In this document: positions 63,759-64,000 of the stretch, piece after piece | Position numbering within the stretch: position 1 is the stretch's first letter | How the letters are laid out: the number at the start of each line of letters is the position of its first letter | Made by a program: the position numbers and the translations under genes | The notes under the pieces: generated by a model | The model's database searches: none | What the model saw: only the letters and a program-made list of their open reading frames with translations | What the model was told of the DNA's origin: nothing | Source: a virus | Length of the DNA stretch: 64,000 nucleotides | Virus record (IMG/VR): IMGVR_UViG_3300033562_000225 | Span: 1 to 64,000 of that record | Strand: one strand, 5' to 3'

Positions 63759-64000
63759 TGACAAACGAATACCAAAAAGCACTACTCAACCTTCTCCTAA
63801 CGGATATATCCCATAAGAGGGATATACTCCACGTGCCTAGTAGCCTATTCCCCTCCCCTACTAATCAACAGGTGATGGACACGCTAAAAGCCTACTTGGA
63901 GAAGTTTGACCAGTTACCTCACGAAGCCAACCTATCGGAGTTCTGGCGATCAATAGTGAGTACAGTAGAGAAGTCGGTTGATCCCACATACACCCAACTA
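63759..64000 (+). CDS. hypothetical protein, 5' fragment (runs off window)
   Basis: The reading frame from ATG 63759 (MTNEYQKALLNLLLTDISHKRD...) stays open to the window end. A DnaB-N-terminal-like impression is too weak to call. Confidence 0.4.

Noticed and set aside
1-64000. Stop-codon reassignment (TAG or TGA recoding), as seen in some Bacteroidota phages.
   Set aside because: Very long ORFs (2343, 1432, 1196 and 810 aa) are intact under the standard code on both strands, and gene tiling is tight. The gene desert is not rescued by reading through any single stop codon type that I tried by eye.
1-64000. CRISPR arrays, transposases/IS elements, integrase/att sites and rRNA genes.
   Set aside because: No regularly spaced direct repeats of 24-40 nt, no DDE/tyrosine/serine recombinase-like ORFs and no rRNA-like sequence were seen. 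The Rha and excisionase-like HTH genes alone do not demonstrate a temperate lifestyle.

Overview
This window is a contiguous piece of a tailed dsDNA phage genome. The host is most likely in the Bacteroidota. Genes lack Shine-Dalgarno sequences (many starts are preceded by ...AGCC-ATG or A/T-rich runs), and five intergenic sites fit TTG-N20-TAnnTTTG, the Bacteroidota-type -33/-7 promoter, all with the same 20-nt spacer.

Layout:
- 35-3532 (+): Rad50/SbcC-like ATPase plus an HExxH protein.
- 3589-20579 (-): replication/recombination genes (RNase H, Hjc-like nuclease, DnaA-domain-IV-like HTH, Dda/RecD-like helicase), then about 35 small early genes. Hairpin terminators split these into short transcription units.
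- 20688-33408 (-): a 12.7-kb tail fibre/spike block, interrupted by a two-gene moron.
- 33565-34719 (-): a winged-helix-like protein.
- 35043-63001 (+): Rha/KilAC regulator, RHH protein, large terminase, portal, scaffold, capsid, adaptors, 1432-aa and 2343-aa virion proteins, and a lysis cassette.
- 63085-end (+): a new transcription unit begins.

I recognised no sheath, tube or tape-measure gene, so the virion looks podovirus-like. No tRNA, rRNA, CRISPR array, transposase or reverse transcriptase was seen.

Most interesting observations:
1. A duplicated promoter-proximal RNA leader (34.9 kb and 63.3 kb). Its hairpin loop pairs with the 5' end of the transcript, and the two copies differ by compensatory base changes.
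2. A promoter + 9-codon mini-ORF + strong terminator unit, giving a roughly 70-nt RNA, just upstream of leader copy A.
3. A 1.2-kb gene desert (13.56-14.77 kb) with an orphan plus-strand terminator, DnaA-box-like inverted repeats and short iterated motifs.
4. An exact 15-nt motif placed 6-7 nt upstream of three start codons.
5. A fibre-locus moron bracketed by CCTAGG-core hairpins.

All calls rest on reading the sequence and on motifs recalled from memory. No database search was run.
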